A stretch of 63,701 nucleotides of DNA, filler included, from Licmophora abbreviata (lineage: Eukaryota), in NCBI GenBank assembly GCA_900291995.1. It is 12 parts of 12 records of this genome, joined end to end, with 100 filler letters (N's around TTAATTAATTAA, not from the genome) between each part and the next. Parts side by side here need not be neighbours in the genome. Positions count along the whole stretch, not along the records: positions 12,307 to 17,571 come from OLMU01003576.1; positions 17,672 to 19,456 come from OLMU01003578.1; positions 19,557 to 36,003 come from OLMU01003579.1; 9 more parts are not named here. The stretch is one strand, 5' to 3'. The position numbers and the translations under genes were made by a program. Every line of letters begins with the position of its first letter. Position 1 is the first letter of the stretch. Positions 12,207 through 24,087 of this stretch are shown in pieces. Under the pieces are notes generated by a model. That model ran no database searches, was not told the origin of the DNA, and worked only from the letters and a program-made list of their open reading frames with translations.

Positions 12207-12306
12207 NNNNNNNNNNNNNNNNNNNNNNNNNNNNNNNNNNNNNNNNNNNNTTAATTAATTAANNNNNNNNNNNNNNNNNNNNNNNNNNNNNNNNNNNNNN
12301 NNNNNN
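12207..12306. other. Artificial assembly spacer
   Basis: N44-TTAATTAATTAA-N44. Confidence 0.97.
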
Positions 12307-12415
12307 CCATGATGATGAGTCGAAGCATAGTCTAGTCTAACAGCAGCCGTCCTCCATTGTGCATTGATCGTTCTAATCCCAGTCTGCGTGTATCCCCCCC
12401 TTATTTTGAAAAGCA

Positions 12416-13731
12416 ATGGACTTTGCGAAACCCCACGTTCGAGAAGAAGGAATCACGGCCGATTCGAAAATTCGCGTTTTGCCAGTTGACGATACCGATA
12501 CCTCTCTAGACGCCGCTGTGATTCGCGCTGCCAATCATGCCGCCATCGACTTGTTTGGTTGTTCAGATCAGGCGACAGAGCTGGCTGACGCCCAGCTTTA
12601 CCCCGAGCGACTCCTCGATTCCTCCAAGAACAGCATCATTGAACCGAATCAGCTCGTGGTCATCTTTGAGTCCTTTGACAACCTCAAGTTTGCCTACGCC
12701 ACACGCAAGGCCTACTTTTCCAATCGCAATGGCCATTTCTGCCACGACGACTTTATTGGGAAGCGTTTTGGATGTCAGTTACGATCGAGAAACAATCAGG
12801 GCTACGGATATGTTTACATCCTTAAGCCGACTCCTGAACTTTGGGCTCGGTCCTTGCCGCATCGTACGCAGATTGTACACGAACTCGATGCCAGCATGAT
12901 TATCTTCTATCTCGAGCTGCGCCCGAACATGGTTGTCTGTGAAAGTGGAACCGGCAGTGGAGCTATGAGTCATGCTATACTCCGAAGTATTGCACCACAG
13001 GGTCTATTGCACACGTACGAGTTCAATCGCAGTCGTGTCGAAAAGGCGAGAGAAGAGTTTGTGAAACACAAGGTCGATCATCTTGTGACGGTCCACCATC
13101 ACGATGTCTGTGGCAAGCACGCAACAGTGATGGTGGATTTGGCTTGGGTGGACAAGCGGCGCACGCGGTCTTTCTTGATTTGCCCGAACCATGGTTGGCT
13201 GTGCCCCATGCAGCCTATGTTTTGAAACGGAGCGGCAAGCTCGCATCGTATTCGCCGTGTGTGGAACAGAGTCAGCGAGTCATCGAAACCATGCGCCAAT
13301 GCGGATTCCATTCTATCAAGACAGTCGAAGTTCGGTTGAGAGAACATTTCGTCGCTGATGTTGTCTTGGAGATGCCGCCAACTGAAAAACGACCGCGAGA
13401 GAATTTAAGTTCCGTTCACGGAAGCGCAGACGCTGCGCACGATCATGAGAAGGACGAGGCTGCAGCGACGAGTACAGAAACACGAGCAGACGGAGCAAAC
13501 GACCTATTGGCCGAAGCAAGGGCCCAGCAGGAGCGATCAGACGAGTCCATTGCGAAGCCACCGGCAGTCGATACGGATTGCACGAGATCGAGTCGAAAGC
13601 GAAAAAGCATGCTCTGTGCCAGACCCTTTGCTACTATGCGCGGCCATACGGCATTTCTTACCTTTGCAACAGCCGGAAATGCTACCCACCCTGATCCAAA
13701 CGATTTAACACATGCCTCCGATAGAACATAA
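12416..13731 (+). CDS. TRM61: tRNA (adenine58-N1)-methyltransferase catalytic subunit (apparent frameshift near 13120)
   Basis: LKPTPELWARSLPHRTQI, VCESGTGSGAMSH (SAM motif), then AVFLDLPEPW, SYSPCVEQ and GHTAFLTFA in the second frame. Confidence 0.95.
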
Positions 13732-13773
13732 AGTATCATGGGGGAGCTGGTTCTATCTATTGGTTAAGCCGAG

Positions 13774-14983
13774 TCATTGCGCTCGATCCGTCTTTTGCAT
13801 ACTGCCATAGTCTTTTTTGTCTTCGCTCTCCTTCGCACACTTGCGAATGGTATTCCAGAAATCGTTCAAGTAAAAGAAGCTAACGAGACGGAGTAGCCCA
13901 TTAAGCGTGACTTGGCTCAAGGCGTCAACCAAGGACGTCTCCGGGCCGAACCCAGCCGTCATGCTCGAAAGAATCCATCCCTCCAGTCCAAAGTAGACCA
14001 TGAAGCGGGGATTGCGACGGACAGCTTCGCGTGCCATGACTCTACCGACACTGTTGCAAAAGGTGAGAGTGAGTGCTGGTCGACGAAATGAGTGAAATCG
14101 ATATACGGCACTTGGGAAAAGGAGGGAGGTAGAAGGCTCTCCCCCGCTACTGGATCTGTTTCGGTACTTACACGTCAGGCTTGTAAACACCGACGGATTC
14201 GCTAATCAGGAAACATTCCTTTGGTTTCAGCTTGTTTTCTTCCGCGTACCCAGGCGTATCAGTATCTGGTGGATAGACGACTTGTACGTTCACCTCACTG
14301 TTGATCAGTTCCATGTGGAGCGCTTCCGCAAATCCCTTGAGGGCAATCTTTGTGGGTGCATAAGCTGTATATCCGAACACACCACACTGTCCTCCCATGC
14401 TAGAAGTCAGAACAATCGTGCCCCTCTTCATGTACGGCAGAAATGCGTGCGTCGTATACATCGTCCCCAATAAGTTGAGATTCGCTGTCTTGGCAAAGAC
14501 ATCGCGTTCCATCTTGCTAAAATATCCAGGATAGGCAATGCCAGCGCAGTTGAAAAGGTAAACGGGTGCTTCATCGTGTTCCGATCCTCCGCAGACTTTC
14601 TTGGCCACGGCGTCAAGAGCTTTGGGGTCCGTCACATCGACCGAGACGACGTCAATTTTCGTCGAGTCGTCCGCCAATGTTTCCAATGAGGCCTTGGCTT
14701 CTTTCAACCTGTCTATGTTCCGAGCGAGGAGTGTAATGCGCTGAATCCCCGATTTCACACATTCCTGCGCCACGGCGAGACCAATGCCGGAGCTTCCGCC
14801 GGAAATAACGACATGACCGCCCGACTCCGTTTCGGCTTTGTCGACTGTCTTCGTCGGTTTACGAAAGATCAAAAGGGCCAACGCTGGAAGAGAAGTAAGG
14901 GCGACCAATGGGGAAACCACGAGCTGTATGAGGAGCGAGGGGACCGCTAGGATTCCGCCGACGACGAGGCTTGCTGTAGTCAT
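13774..14983 (-). CDS. KDSR: 3-ketodihydrosphingosine reductase (SDR family), 2 exons
   Basis: HVVISGGSSGIG Rossmann motif, catalytic YAPTK, the KDSR/TSC10-typical YPPDTDTPGYAEENKLKP, and an N-terminal membrane anchor. Intron 14051-14171. Confidence 0.92.
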
Positions 14984-15476
14984 GGTCTCAATTCACCAGG
15001 CATCGATTCGATCCGAATGAATGATGCGTCGCATGGGAACAATCGCCCACCCCACGCCGCGCGCGCCGTTCAAAGCGCTCTCGCGAAAATGGCGGTCAAA
15101 TTATTGTTTATCCAGAAACACGTAGTTGTTTTTTCAAATGGTACGCTGCGCACCCAACGCGAATATTGAATTTTGAAAAGTCCAATCAATAAATAATTCC
15201 ACGACCTGTGACATTTCTGCTGTCTAGCTGGCGCACATATAATGCCTACAATATCGTATAAGGTATAGAAATTATACAAACCTTAGGCACCGTTTATGTT
15301 CAATAAGAATGCGTATGCAATCTTGTGGCAGAGCGAATTTCCACCTCGTCTGCACCTCAAGTCACTGAAATCAAAAGCTGAGGCCCATGTTTGATATCGC
15401 TATACTCCACATTCAAGAGGATATCTCTTCCCCACTCGTGCCCAATTGAGAGTTGAGCGAAGCAGTTTTGTCTTGC

Positions 15477-16499
15477 ATGAAGAGAACGCCTTCGTCGAGC
15501 GAGCGACGAGCGACTCTCCGTTCCTCCCGTTTGACTCGCAGCTCACAATGGCCCAGGACCGAGGACAAGGATAGCCATTCGCCTGAACGGAATCTTGAAA
15601 CCAAGAAGCCGAAATCTTCGGAGTCTGCCATGCCAGAACCGTGCCTGGATAATCTTGATACTTCTCTCCTCTCTTGCTGTACAACGTCCAGTCGAGAATT
15701 CATCTCCAAGCCTTCACTACTATGGAAACCGGAGCTTGCCGAAACAACAGCGCGTCCGTCCTCTCCATATTCCGACGAGAATGATCACATTCAGAAACAA
15801 CATGCAATCATGAGAGACATTCTTCAAGGCCAACAGAAAAAGTCCGCCTTGTCGACCCTTAGGGACGACGAGACCACCTCCACCGGCTACTCGCCTCCAA
15901 GGACGACGTCTCCTCGGTCATCCGTATCTTCGTCTAGTAGGGAGACATCCATAGACGAGAAGCATGACCTCATGGACAAGTTTCTGTGCGATCCTCAAAT
16001 TTTGCAAGAACAACAACGAATCTTGGATGCGATCCAAAGAGTCCAACCTGAAGAACAAGCGCCGCCGTCAAGATCAACAACAGCGCCATCGTCGGCACCA
16101 GATAATGGTGTTTACAATGTCAAACCGACCAGTTCCACTTCTAGTACTACACGAAAGTCGATGGGAAATTCTTCGCAAGTACAAGATAGAGTGTTAAACG
16201 TCTATCAGAGCACAAAACTCCGAGTAAAGGGTACGCGCCATACTTGGAACGACATTGCCAAGGGTGAAGCGACACTGGTTCAGTGTCCCGGATGTCGAAC
16301 CATACTTCAAGTCGGAAAGACGGCCAAGCTCCTCTACTGTTCAGTATGTGGCGATGTCACTCCAATGAGTGTTGCCACCGACTCTGTCTGCAACAATCAA
16401 ATGGATGCAAGGATTTCCACAGTGGTGCAACGTCAAGAACTTGGAGCCGCGATCGCCAAGAAGGCGAGCAAGCAACAAGCGCACAATAGTTTGCTCTAG
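15477..16499 (+). CDS. Hypothetical Ser-rich protein with C-terminal CxxC...CxxC zinc ribbon
   Basis: Long ORF with a low-complexity N-terminus, then CPGCRTILQVGKTAKLLYCSVC. Confidence 0.7.
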   Translation: MKRTPSSSERRATLRSSRLTRSSQWPRTEDKDSHSPERNLETKKPKSSESAMPEPCLDNLDTSLLSCCTTSSREFISKPSLLWKPELAETTARPSSPYSDENDHIQKQHAIMRDILQGQQKKSALSTLRDDETTSTGYSPPRTTSPRSSVSSSSRETSIDEKHDLMDKFLCDPQILQEQQRILDAIQRVQPEEQAPPSRSTTAPSSAPDNGVYNVKPTSSTSSTTRKSMGNSSQVQDRVLNVYQSTKLRVKGTRHTWNDIAKGEATLVQCPGCRTILQVGKTAKLLYCSVCGDVTPMSVATDSVCNNQMDARISTVVQRQELGAAIAKKASKQQAHNSLL

Positions 16500-16931
16500 A
16501 GTAGAAGTAGTGAGATCTCTTTACTTACAATACTTACCATCTGCCCGTAGTTCAATACAGCAGCAAAGAGTAATTAACAGCCAACCTTCCTATTTGGCGT
16601 CCCTGTACAGGTATGCATATCGCCAGTCCTCACACGCTTCCTTTTTGAGACCCAATCCCGTCGATTTGCGGCGTTGCGTTTTATCATTGTACAGTTGACT
16701 GTATGGTTCGTACTCTAGTAACGTGTTGCTATTTTGTGCTCGATCAAGAGTTAACACGACAGTATCAAGACTACTCCATATGTCTTTACTGTACGGAGAG
16801 CAGTCGATCCGTAGGAGACTCCGAGAGATCAGACAAGCCAAAATCCACCCCAAGGTCGCCCATCCATGCACGTACGTGCACACAGAGATAGCAGATACGT
16901 GCAGCCATACTTCTTGAGTGGGCGAGTCGAC

Positions 16932-17571
16932 TCATTCGCCCTTTTCTTTGTTCACAATCAGAGACATGGACAAGGATCTTGTAGCGCGTTTTTGAATCTG
17001 AACTACTCGGCCAAATAGAATCTCCCACTCGCGGGACGAGACCAGCGACAGCTGTAGCACGGCAGAAATGGCCATGAGGACTGACAAAAAGGTGAATGCC
17101 GTCGTGAGCCTAGGAAACATTAGGAATGAGCGTGTTAGCCTTTGTATCAATTGAGATCAATCAAAAACAAAGTAAACTCGAACGTTGTGCACTTACGATA
17201 CAAAGTTGGTCGAAGCGACCCCTAGCGCCACGGCAATGTTAACAATGATGCGTGGTAACGTCAGTAAAGAACCACGCGAGGCGGGAGGAATGTAAATAGA
17301 TCGAATCACACCTTCGCATGGCATGTAGATACCAACGATCCCTTCGTACATGACAAACGCTGTCAGGACGTACGAAAACGATGTAGGTGACTCGCCCGTC
17401 ACTATACAAGGTGTCAATAGAAGCAAGGCGCACAGAAAGTAGCAGAAGGCAGCGAGGAACTCCACAGCCATGGGACGGATCTTGCCTTCGCCTTCCACTT
17501 CGACCGTACAGTCGTCAAGCTTGACCAAGGGCGACAAAAGCGCAGTAACCCCCCTTCGAACCCACGACGAT
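16932..17571 (-). CDS. MFS molybdate-anion transporter MFSD5/MOT2-like, 3' part only (cut by the gap)
   Basis: AFVMYEGIVGIYMPCEGVIRSIYIPPASRGSLLTLPRIIVN matches the MFS_5 C-terminal helices. One intron approx. 17110-17196, last exon ending at 16932. Confidence 0.75.
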
Positions 17572-17671
17572 NNNNNNNNNNNNNNNNNNNNNNNNNNNNN
17601 NNNNNNNNNNNNNNNTTAATTAATTAANNNNNNNNNNNNNNNNNNNNNNNNNNNNNNNNNNNNNNNNNNNN
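17572..17671. other. Artificial assembly spacer
   Basis: N44-TTAATTAATTAA-N44. Confidence 0.97.
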
Positions 17672-17868
17672 CAGGCCACCGCCGTCTGGCGGGCGTCAAC
17701 AATTCAGGATCCGATGTCCCATTTTCAATTTCGCGCCATCATCCGAAGTTTCAAGTTTCAATTATAATTTTTCGACCATGGCGCGCAGGCATCTTTCACC
17801 GGCGCTTTCATACTACGACGACTGCTCCACAGACTATCAGTCGTCTTGAAGAAGAAAAGATCAAGAAC

Positions 17869-20800
17869 ATGGACGTGTCGGAACAACAGAATCTCTCTAC
17901 GGATGCCTTGGCTTCATCATCAGCAGCAGCAGTAGCAGTAGCGACAGGAACTGATGACGATGGATCCGAGAAAGGCGTCTTGACCTTACACCGACAAGAA
18001 GCTGTTTTGTTTCACGAAAACAACTTGCGCTTCTTGGAGGAGCGACATGGCTTTCTAACGAAACAGCTTGAGACAGCACGGTAAGCATTCTTTCATCGAT
18101 CGGCAGGGAGACATCTCAGTATGTGTGTTGGAGTGTCGCTGCTATTCCGTGATGGATGAAAGTGATGACACGATCTCATTTTCTCACTCGTTCGCGCTGC
18201 TCCTTCTTCCTGTTGTGAAATGATTCAGCACGGATGCGCACGTCCACCAGCAGCGCTATACTGCGGCACAGGAGCGTCATGAACTGCTGCGACAGGTGCA
18301 ACTCCAGCAGCTCCAGTTGCAGCGCGATTTGTACAAGACACTCGAGACCAGTCAGGAACGATTGAATCGGATCGTAGGGGGAGCTCCTACTGGAATGCAG
18401 CAACAACAAGCCAATAATGACGGGAGTAGTGGAGAGCTACCGTGCATTGGTGATGACGACCACTACAAGCTCACGGTCGAATCGCCCGAGCCCGGCGACG
18501 TGTCGGCATCCGAGTCGAACAAGACTGCGAAGTCGACAGCAACGACAGTAACAACAAATGGAGCTGCAGAATCGTCACTGGAAAACATACCCGACCAGGA
18601 ACACCAGCAGCCGACGCCTTTGCAGTCGAACAGCGTGTCAGCGTCCTTATCGAACACGACTGAGAAGTCCACAGCCGCACCACCAACAACAACAACAACA
18701 ACAGATGGTATTGCGTCGTCACTGGAAAAGACATCCGACACTGCAGACCAACAGTCCAAAGACGTCTCAGCCTCCAAGTCAAACAAGACTGCAAAGTCGA
18801 CAGCAACAGCAACAGAAGGTGCTGCAAAGTCGTCAGCTTCGCAGCTGGACCGACGCACATTTTACTCGACGCCATTCGGCAAGCAACTCTATCCGTTTTA
18901 TGAGTTCTGGAAGTCGACCAATCCTCATGGACTCCTACCTCTGATTCCTCAAATCTATTCCAAAAAGTTGATCAAGAAAATAATGGACATGATGGCACTC
19001 GAAATACTGTCGCTGGATATCGCGCAGCCGGGCAAGCAGCATCGTCGACAAGCTCTACAGAAGACGTGTTTGGATATTGGTTGTATGGCCAAGGAGGCCC
19101 CGAACAGCACGCAGCGAACTCAAGGCATGACGTTGAGAAGTACGATGTCGTCCATTCGCCCGTATGCTGAGCCACCGATTGAGCCGCTAGTTGAGTCGGC
19201 AATCGATCCGTCGATTCCACTGTGTCCGTATGAGCTGGGAGGAGTCTGCGCCGATGCATATTGTCCTTATCAGCATCTTGAGCCACGACCCAATCAGGCT
19301 TCCTCGATCTTGTTGAGAGAACGACTTCCATTGCCGCCCTTGGTACTGCCAGGCGAAGCCCGTGAGGACACGAATCGAACGGCAGCTTCATCGTCAAAAC
19401 GCAAGAAATCATCCGGTGTCATGGATGGGGACTACTTTGAGTTGGCGTTCGAGAACNNNNNNNNNNNNNNNNNNNNNNNNNNNNNNNNNNNNNNNNNNNN
19501 TTAATTAATTAANNNNNNNNNNNNNNNNNNNNNNNNNNNNNNNNNNNNNNNNNNNNAGCTAACGCACGATGTGAATACACATTCCGACAACTGCGCACGA
19601 CTTTCTGACATTGCCAGCGGGTGAAAACGAAAAAGGTATACGTCCCAGGGCAATGTGTCTTCGGAAGAGGACGATGGTGCTCAGTCAAACGATGATTTGG
19701 TGCCTGCGCAAGGCGACGGCGCACCCCAGGCGCTTTGGTGGATGAACGATGCTGAGACTGAAAGCGTTCAAGCCATAGGGGATACGGGACTACTCTCGGT
19801 TCATGAATGGCTGGACGCTCATGTTGGACTATGCGCGGAATACCGACAGTCTTCGAAGAAAAAATCTGGGAGGAGACTGAATTACAGAGGCCCGGTCGTC
19901 AGGAGTATGAGATGTGTTGTTCGTTCGGTGGCGCGCTTATTGGATGGGATTAGGGTTATGGTTCATGCAGGGCGATTTGAACTCGCCCTTTCTATGAGCA
20001 AGATTCTGAATTGTGCAATATCCGGAGGACAATGGAAGGGCGAGCCAGACAAAGAGAAGGTCAAGGTTTGCTTCAATAAGCTGCAAACGCATATCATGGA
20101 CGTCGTCCGGCGATCGTTCTATTATCCTTCCAAGAGCGACGACTTTTTCATTTCGTCTTTCGAGACGGCGCTGAGTCTGGCTCTAATGTCGGTGTTTCTT
20201 CGCCTCGTCGAAGAGGATTCCGGCAACCTAAAGTGCATATCGTATCTTGAGAGCATTGTCTTGCAGTTGTCTGGGGATGTCTCCAGGGATTTCAAGAAGA
20301 CGACGAAACCGAAAGAGAGAGGAGAATTGCTTGGAACGCAAACACCGCAAGACCGATTTGCCTGTTTGCCGGCATTTCTATCGGAGATACACTGGAAAGC
20401 CAGACACACATCGAGCTCTGGTGTGGAGAGGGCTTTAGAAGAAATCGTGCAGCCGGCGTGGGATGCACTGAGGACTGTGCGTTTCGATATGGATGGTGGT
20501 ATTGAAGGGTTACTTGACAAGTTTCGTCTTATCATACATTCAGGCTATGCTATTCATGCGGGTGCTGCGTCGGCTTGCCGTGAGGTCATTGCAGCCGGCG
20601 ACGTGGAATCGAAAACACTGGCGTCCTTGCAGACGTTGGATTTGCGGGTATCACAGATTGTGAATTCATTGGTCAGACTGGTAAGCGGAGAACCACTTAT
20701 GAATCTCTTGCTCCCGCCACTTGTCTCGATGAGCATCGCGCTTGCATGCTTACTACGAAGGTACGAGAGGGCGCAGGAGCGACTGCAGCTCGCCCTGCAA

Positions 20801-21762
20801 GGTGGAATGCGACACTCGGAACTCTTGTGGTCGCAGCTGCTTCACCTACGCTCGTCGCTTCCGCCTGCAGTAAATGGAACCGCTATAACATGCATGCTTC
20901 CCCAATCTATTGCGGACGAGCACAACCGTTTTGCTGATGCCGTCGATCGCGCTGGGGTTCATCTACATCATGTGTCGCTTTGGGGTGACTTTCCTATTCT
21001 GGTTCAGAGTGGCTTGGTAAATGAGATGACCCCAGTACTGCGAAAGGGGACACCCAAGAAAGGTTACAAGGCACTGGTGAGGATTCTCCATTCAGAGTAT
21101 CGTTTCTATCAGGCACCTCTTCCGGGAGGATCTGTGTCTAGTCTTATTTTGGGAAACCTAAATGTCGAGAAACATACACGCACAAGTCTCCGCATTCCGC
21201 AGTCACCAAGTCTCTCTTTTCCATTCAGCATCCTTTCCGCCGGCATGCGAATCGATCATCTTGATTTGCACTCATGCAATCTCGTTGGACTGCCCTTGAC
21301 GTTTGGCGTGCATTTCCCGAAACTGAAGGTAAGCGAGTGTTTAGAAGAATCTCCCCTTTCGCTTCGTAGAGTACAGGCGCATGTACGTGCTCACCGCTCG
21401 TCTGTCTCCTGCAGGTGCTACGCCTAGATTCCAACTTGCTTTGGGAGCTCCCGTCGTCGATTGAGCACATGGCTTCACTTGAAACGCTGCATACTTCACA
21501 GAATCGACTTCAGTCTTTCCCTGGAACGATTGGTAGGCTAACGGCTCTTCGAGAGCTTCATGCATCAAATAATCGACTGACGTCGCTACCAACATCGATT
21601 CTGAAGTGTGCTGTCTTGGAAACTTTGATATTGTCGAACAACGAGTTACAGACACTCCCGGAAAGTCTGTCTCTTCGCTTGTCAAATCTTCGGAACCTCA
21701 ACGTTGACGGCAATCCGATAAGAATCCATGGCAATGACAATCCCAATGATACCATCGAGTAG
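17869..21762 (+). CDS. Large protein: coiled coil, zf-C3H1 (ZFC3H1/Red1-type) zinc finger, helical region, C-terminal leucine-rich repeats; spans a gap
   Basis: Exon 17869-18080, intron 18081-18228, then IDPSIPLCPYELGGVCADAYCPYQH (19202-19276). After the gap, ORF 19655-21328, intron 21329-21414, and LRRs (LRLDSNLLWELP, LHTSQNRLQSFP, LHASNNRLTSLP, LILSNNELQTLP). Continuity across the gap is inferred. Confidence 0.7.
18497..18840 (+). repeat. Three degenerate ~130-nt coding tandem repeats
   Basis: DVSASESNKTAKSTA...GAAESSLE / SVSASLSNTTEKSTA...GIASSLE / DVSASKSNKTAKSTA...GAAKSS. Confidence 0.8.
19457..19556. other. Artificial assembly spacer
   Basis: N44-TTAATTAATTAA-N44. Confidence 0.97.
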
Positions 21763-22008
21763 ATTGAGGGTGGCATCGTCGCTGACATCTACAGACAACC
21801 AGGTGCGAGTACAGCGATTCGAGATCTATCTGGGGGTCAAGGAGGAATTTACTGGGACGGTGGGGAGCATCTCTCCGGCTTACTCTACCTGTGTAGATAA
21901 GCATGCGGCGCCACCCCTAACCTGGTCATGAAGTGCTATGTAACATCACCACGTGCATCGCGGGTCTCGCAAGCGTATTGGCGTGTATAGAATTCATTAG
22001 GAGACTCA

Positions 22009-23636
22009 CTAGTGTTTCCAAATCTTGATGGTACGATCTTTGCTTCCTGACGCGACGCTTCTCCCATTCGGACTCCAATCCAAAGCATAGACTTCGTCGG
22101 CATGCCCTGGAAGCGTCTCTCTTGCCCTTTTACCGGAAGGCACCTCCCATAACTTAGCTGTACTGTCCTTGCTCGCGCTCACAAGGTATCTCGAATCCGA
22201 ACTCCATGCCACTTGATAAACTGCTCCGACATGTCCCGTCAATGTCGCTATGAAATCTCCACTCTTGCCGTTCCATATTTTGATTTTCTTGTCGAAGGAC
22301 GCACTTGCAAAGTATCTGCCGTCCGGACTAAACGCAATATGATTTACCGCCTGTTGATGCCCAGTCAAGCGCTTGATAGGGTGCTTGCTTTCCTTAGGAT
22401 GCCACAAGAAGAGAGTGAAGTCGTCGCTTCCCGACACGAGCCGCTCCGGTTCTCCACTTGCGAGTGCCTTGTACTTTTCCATGGCCGCAACCTTCGCATC
22501 CTGCTCTTGTGCAACCACTCCGCGATGGTCAAAGGGTCCCGTTCGACACACATAGTCCGACGACAAGGCGAGCGTGTTTATTCGGTGGCCATGGCCCTTC
22601 AGAGTCCGTACCAACTTGCCCACATCGTCGTCGCCCGATGCGGACCACACCTTGATGGTACGATCCCGACTCGCCGTATAGATGAGTCCTTCTCCTCCCC
22701 ACTTGACACACTCCACACTATCACAATGGCCTGACAACGTGGCCACACGTTGCTGTGTCCGCACATTCCACACTTTGGCCGTCCCGTCTTTACTTGCAGT
22801 GACGAGACGATCACACTTTCCATTGGCGTGAAGCGGCTCCCACGACAAGCTTGTAATCCACTGAGAGTGAGCTCGGATGGGTCGTCCAATTACCTTCCCG
22901 GTGGATGGGTCCCACAAGATCAGAACTCCATTCTTGTCGGATGACGCAAAGCGTGTCCCATCGGGGGACCAAGCAGTACACAGGACATGATTTTTGTGAG
23001 AGCGACATGTGTGCCTGGGAAGTGACGTGTTGACATCCCAGAAGCGAACCGTAGTATCTCCTCCACCCGATGCCAAGTGGCGGCCATCGGGAGAATAGGA
23101 AACATGCAACACAGCTTCCGTATGTCCAGGCATGGTATCAGTACAGCGGGTAACTGGTCGAACGCGAAAGACTGCAAGCGGCTGGTACGTGAGGTTTAGC
23201 ACATGCTCTGTCGAAATAGAATGAGCCTGCAAAAGCTGTGCTAAGGTAGATGTCACTTCAACATCGTCCTCCATTCCATTGCGCGTGATCTTGGCATAGA
23301 ACGAGTACGGAATGCGTTTTCCGTCCCCATCCCCATCCTTTTGTCTTGTTCGAGAAGCGAGTGCAGCAGCTCACTCAAGTCGTCGACGGACGAGGAGGTC
23401 GGAAGATCCATGTGATTCGCTATCTCAATACCTTCACGATCCTGAAATTGGACGACAAGGTTGGCAGGTAATTTTGCTTCCGCCTCATCGTCATCCTGGG
23501 AACGTTTGTATCGCTTGTGAACAGACGAATAGCGGTATCCCAAATTGTCCGGATTCTGAGATCCCACCAGACTACCCGCCCAGGCTATGCCCCCTCCCGA
23601 CGAATAAGATGCGTCCTTGTCGATTGTCTCTGCCAT
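22009..23636 (-). CDS. NLE1: Notchless/Rsa4 ribosome biogenesis WD40 protein (apparent frameshift at 23339-23342)
   Basis: NLE domain (LVVQFQDREG...IPYSFY...YQPLAVFRVRPVTRC) plus eight WD40 repeats (ERLVSGSDDFTLFLW; LPGHADEVYALDWSPNG). Adding one A to the A4 run restores the frame. Confidence 0.96.
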
Positions 23637-24087
23637 CTTTGATGTCGTATTCATCTCGTCGCTGCACTTGGGTGTCGCGTTGTATGCCGTTCCATGCGAT
23701 GTTCCAACAGAACAGTGGAGCAAAAGACATGAAATGAATGGTGCTCAGGGGATAACTTTTAGTCACGATTTGTGACGCTTCCAGTCGTACCCATATACCA
23801 TTTGTACACGGACTTGAATCTATGTTATATTGAGATGCCATCGCAAAATTTACCCTGCGCACTTCGCGTGGGAGCACATAGTGAGAAAAAGGTGCCTACT
23901 GTGACGACCGATGACCGAAGGATCGATGACCAGGCCTATGGACTACAATATATAAAAGAAGCAATGGACAAGTAGTAGCCTTTGTCGGTCATGTGAAGCG
24001 AGTACGATACTCCTCTTTGCCGTCTACGACCTGAATTGACCCGAGACGTCGCTCGATCGAGGCTGAATCGAGTCGCCTGCTTTTCCA

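Noticed and set aside
12416..23636. TRM61 and NLE1 (also RAD21, TrpRS) as pseudogenes
   Set aside because: Each has a single indel, intact catalytic motifs and no other decay. Sequencing error is more parsimonious.
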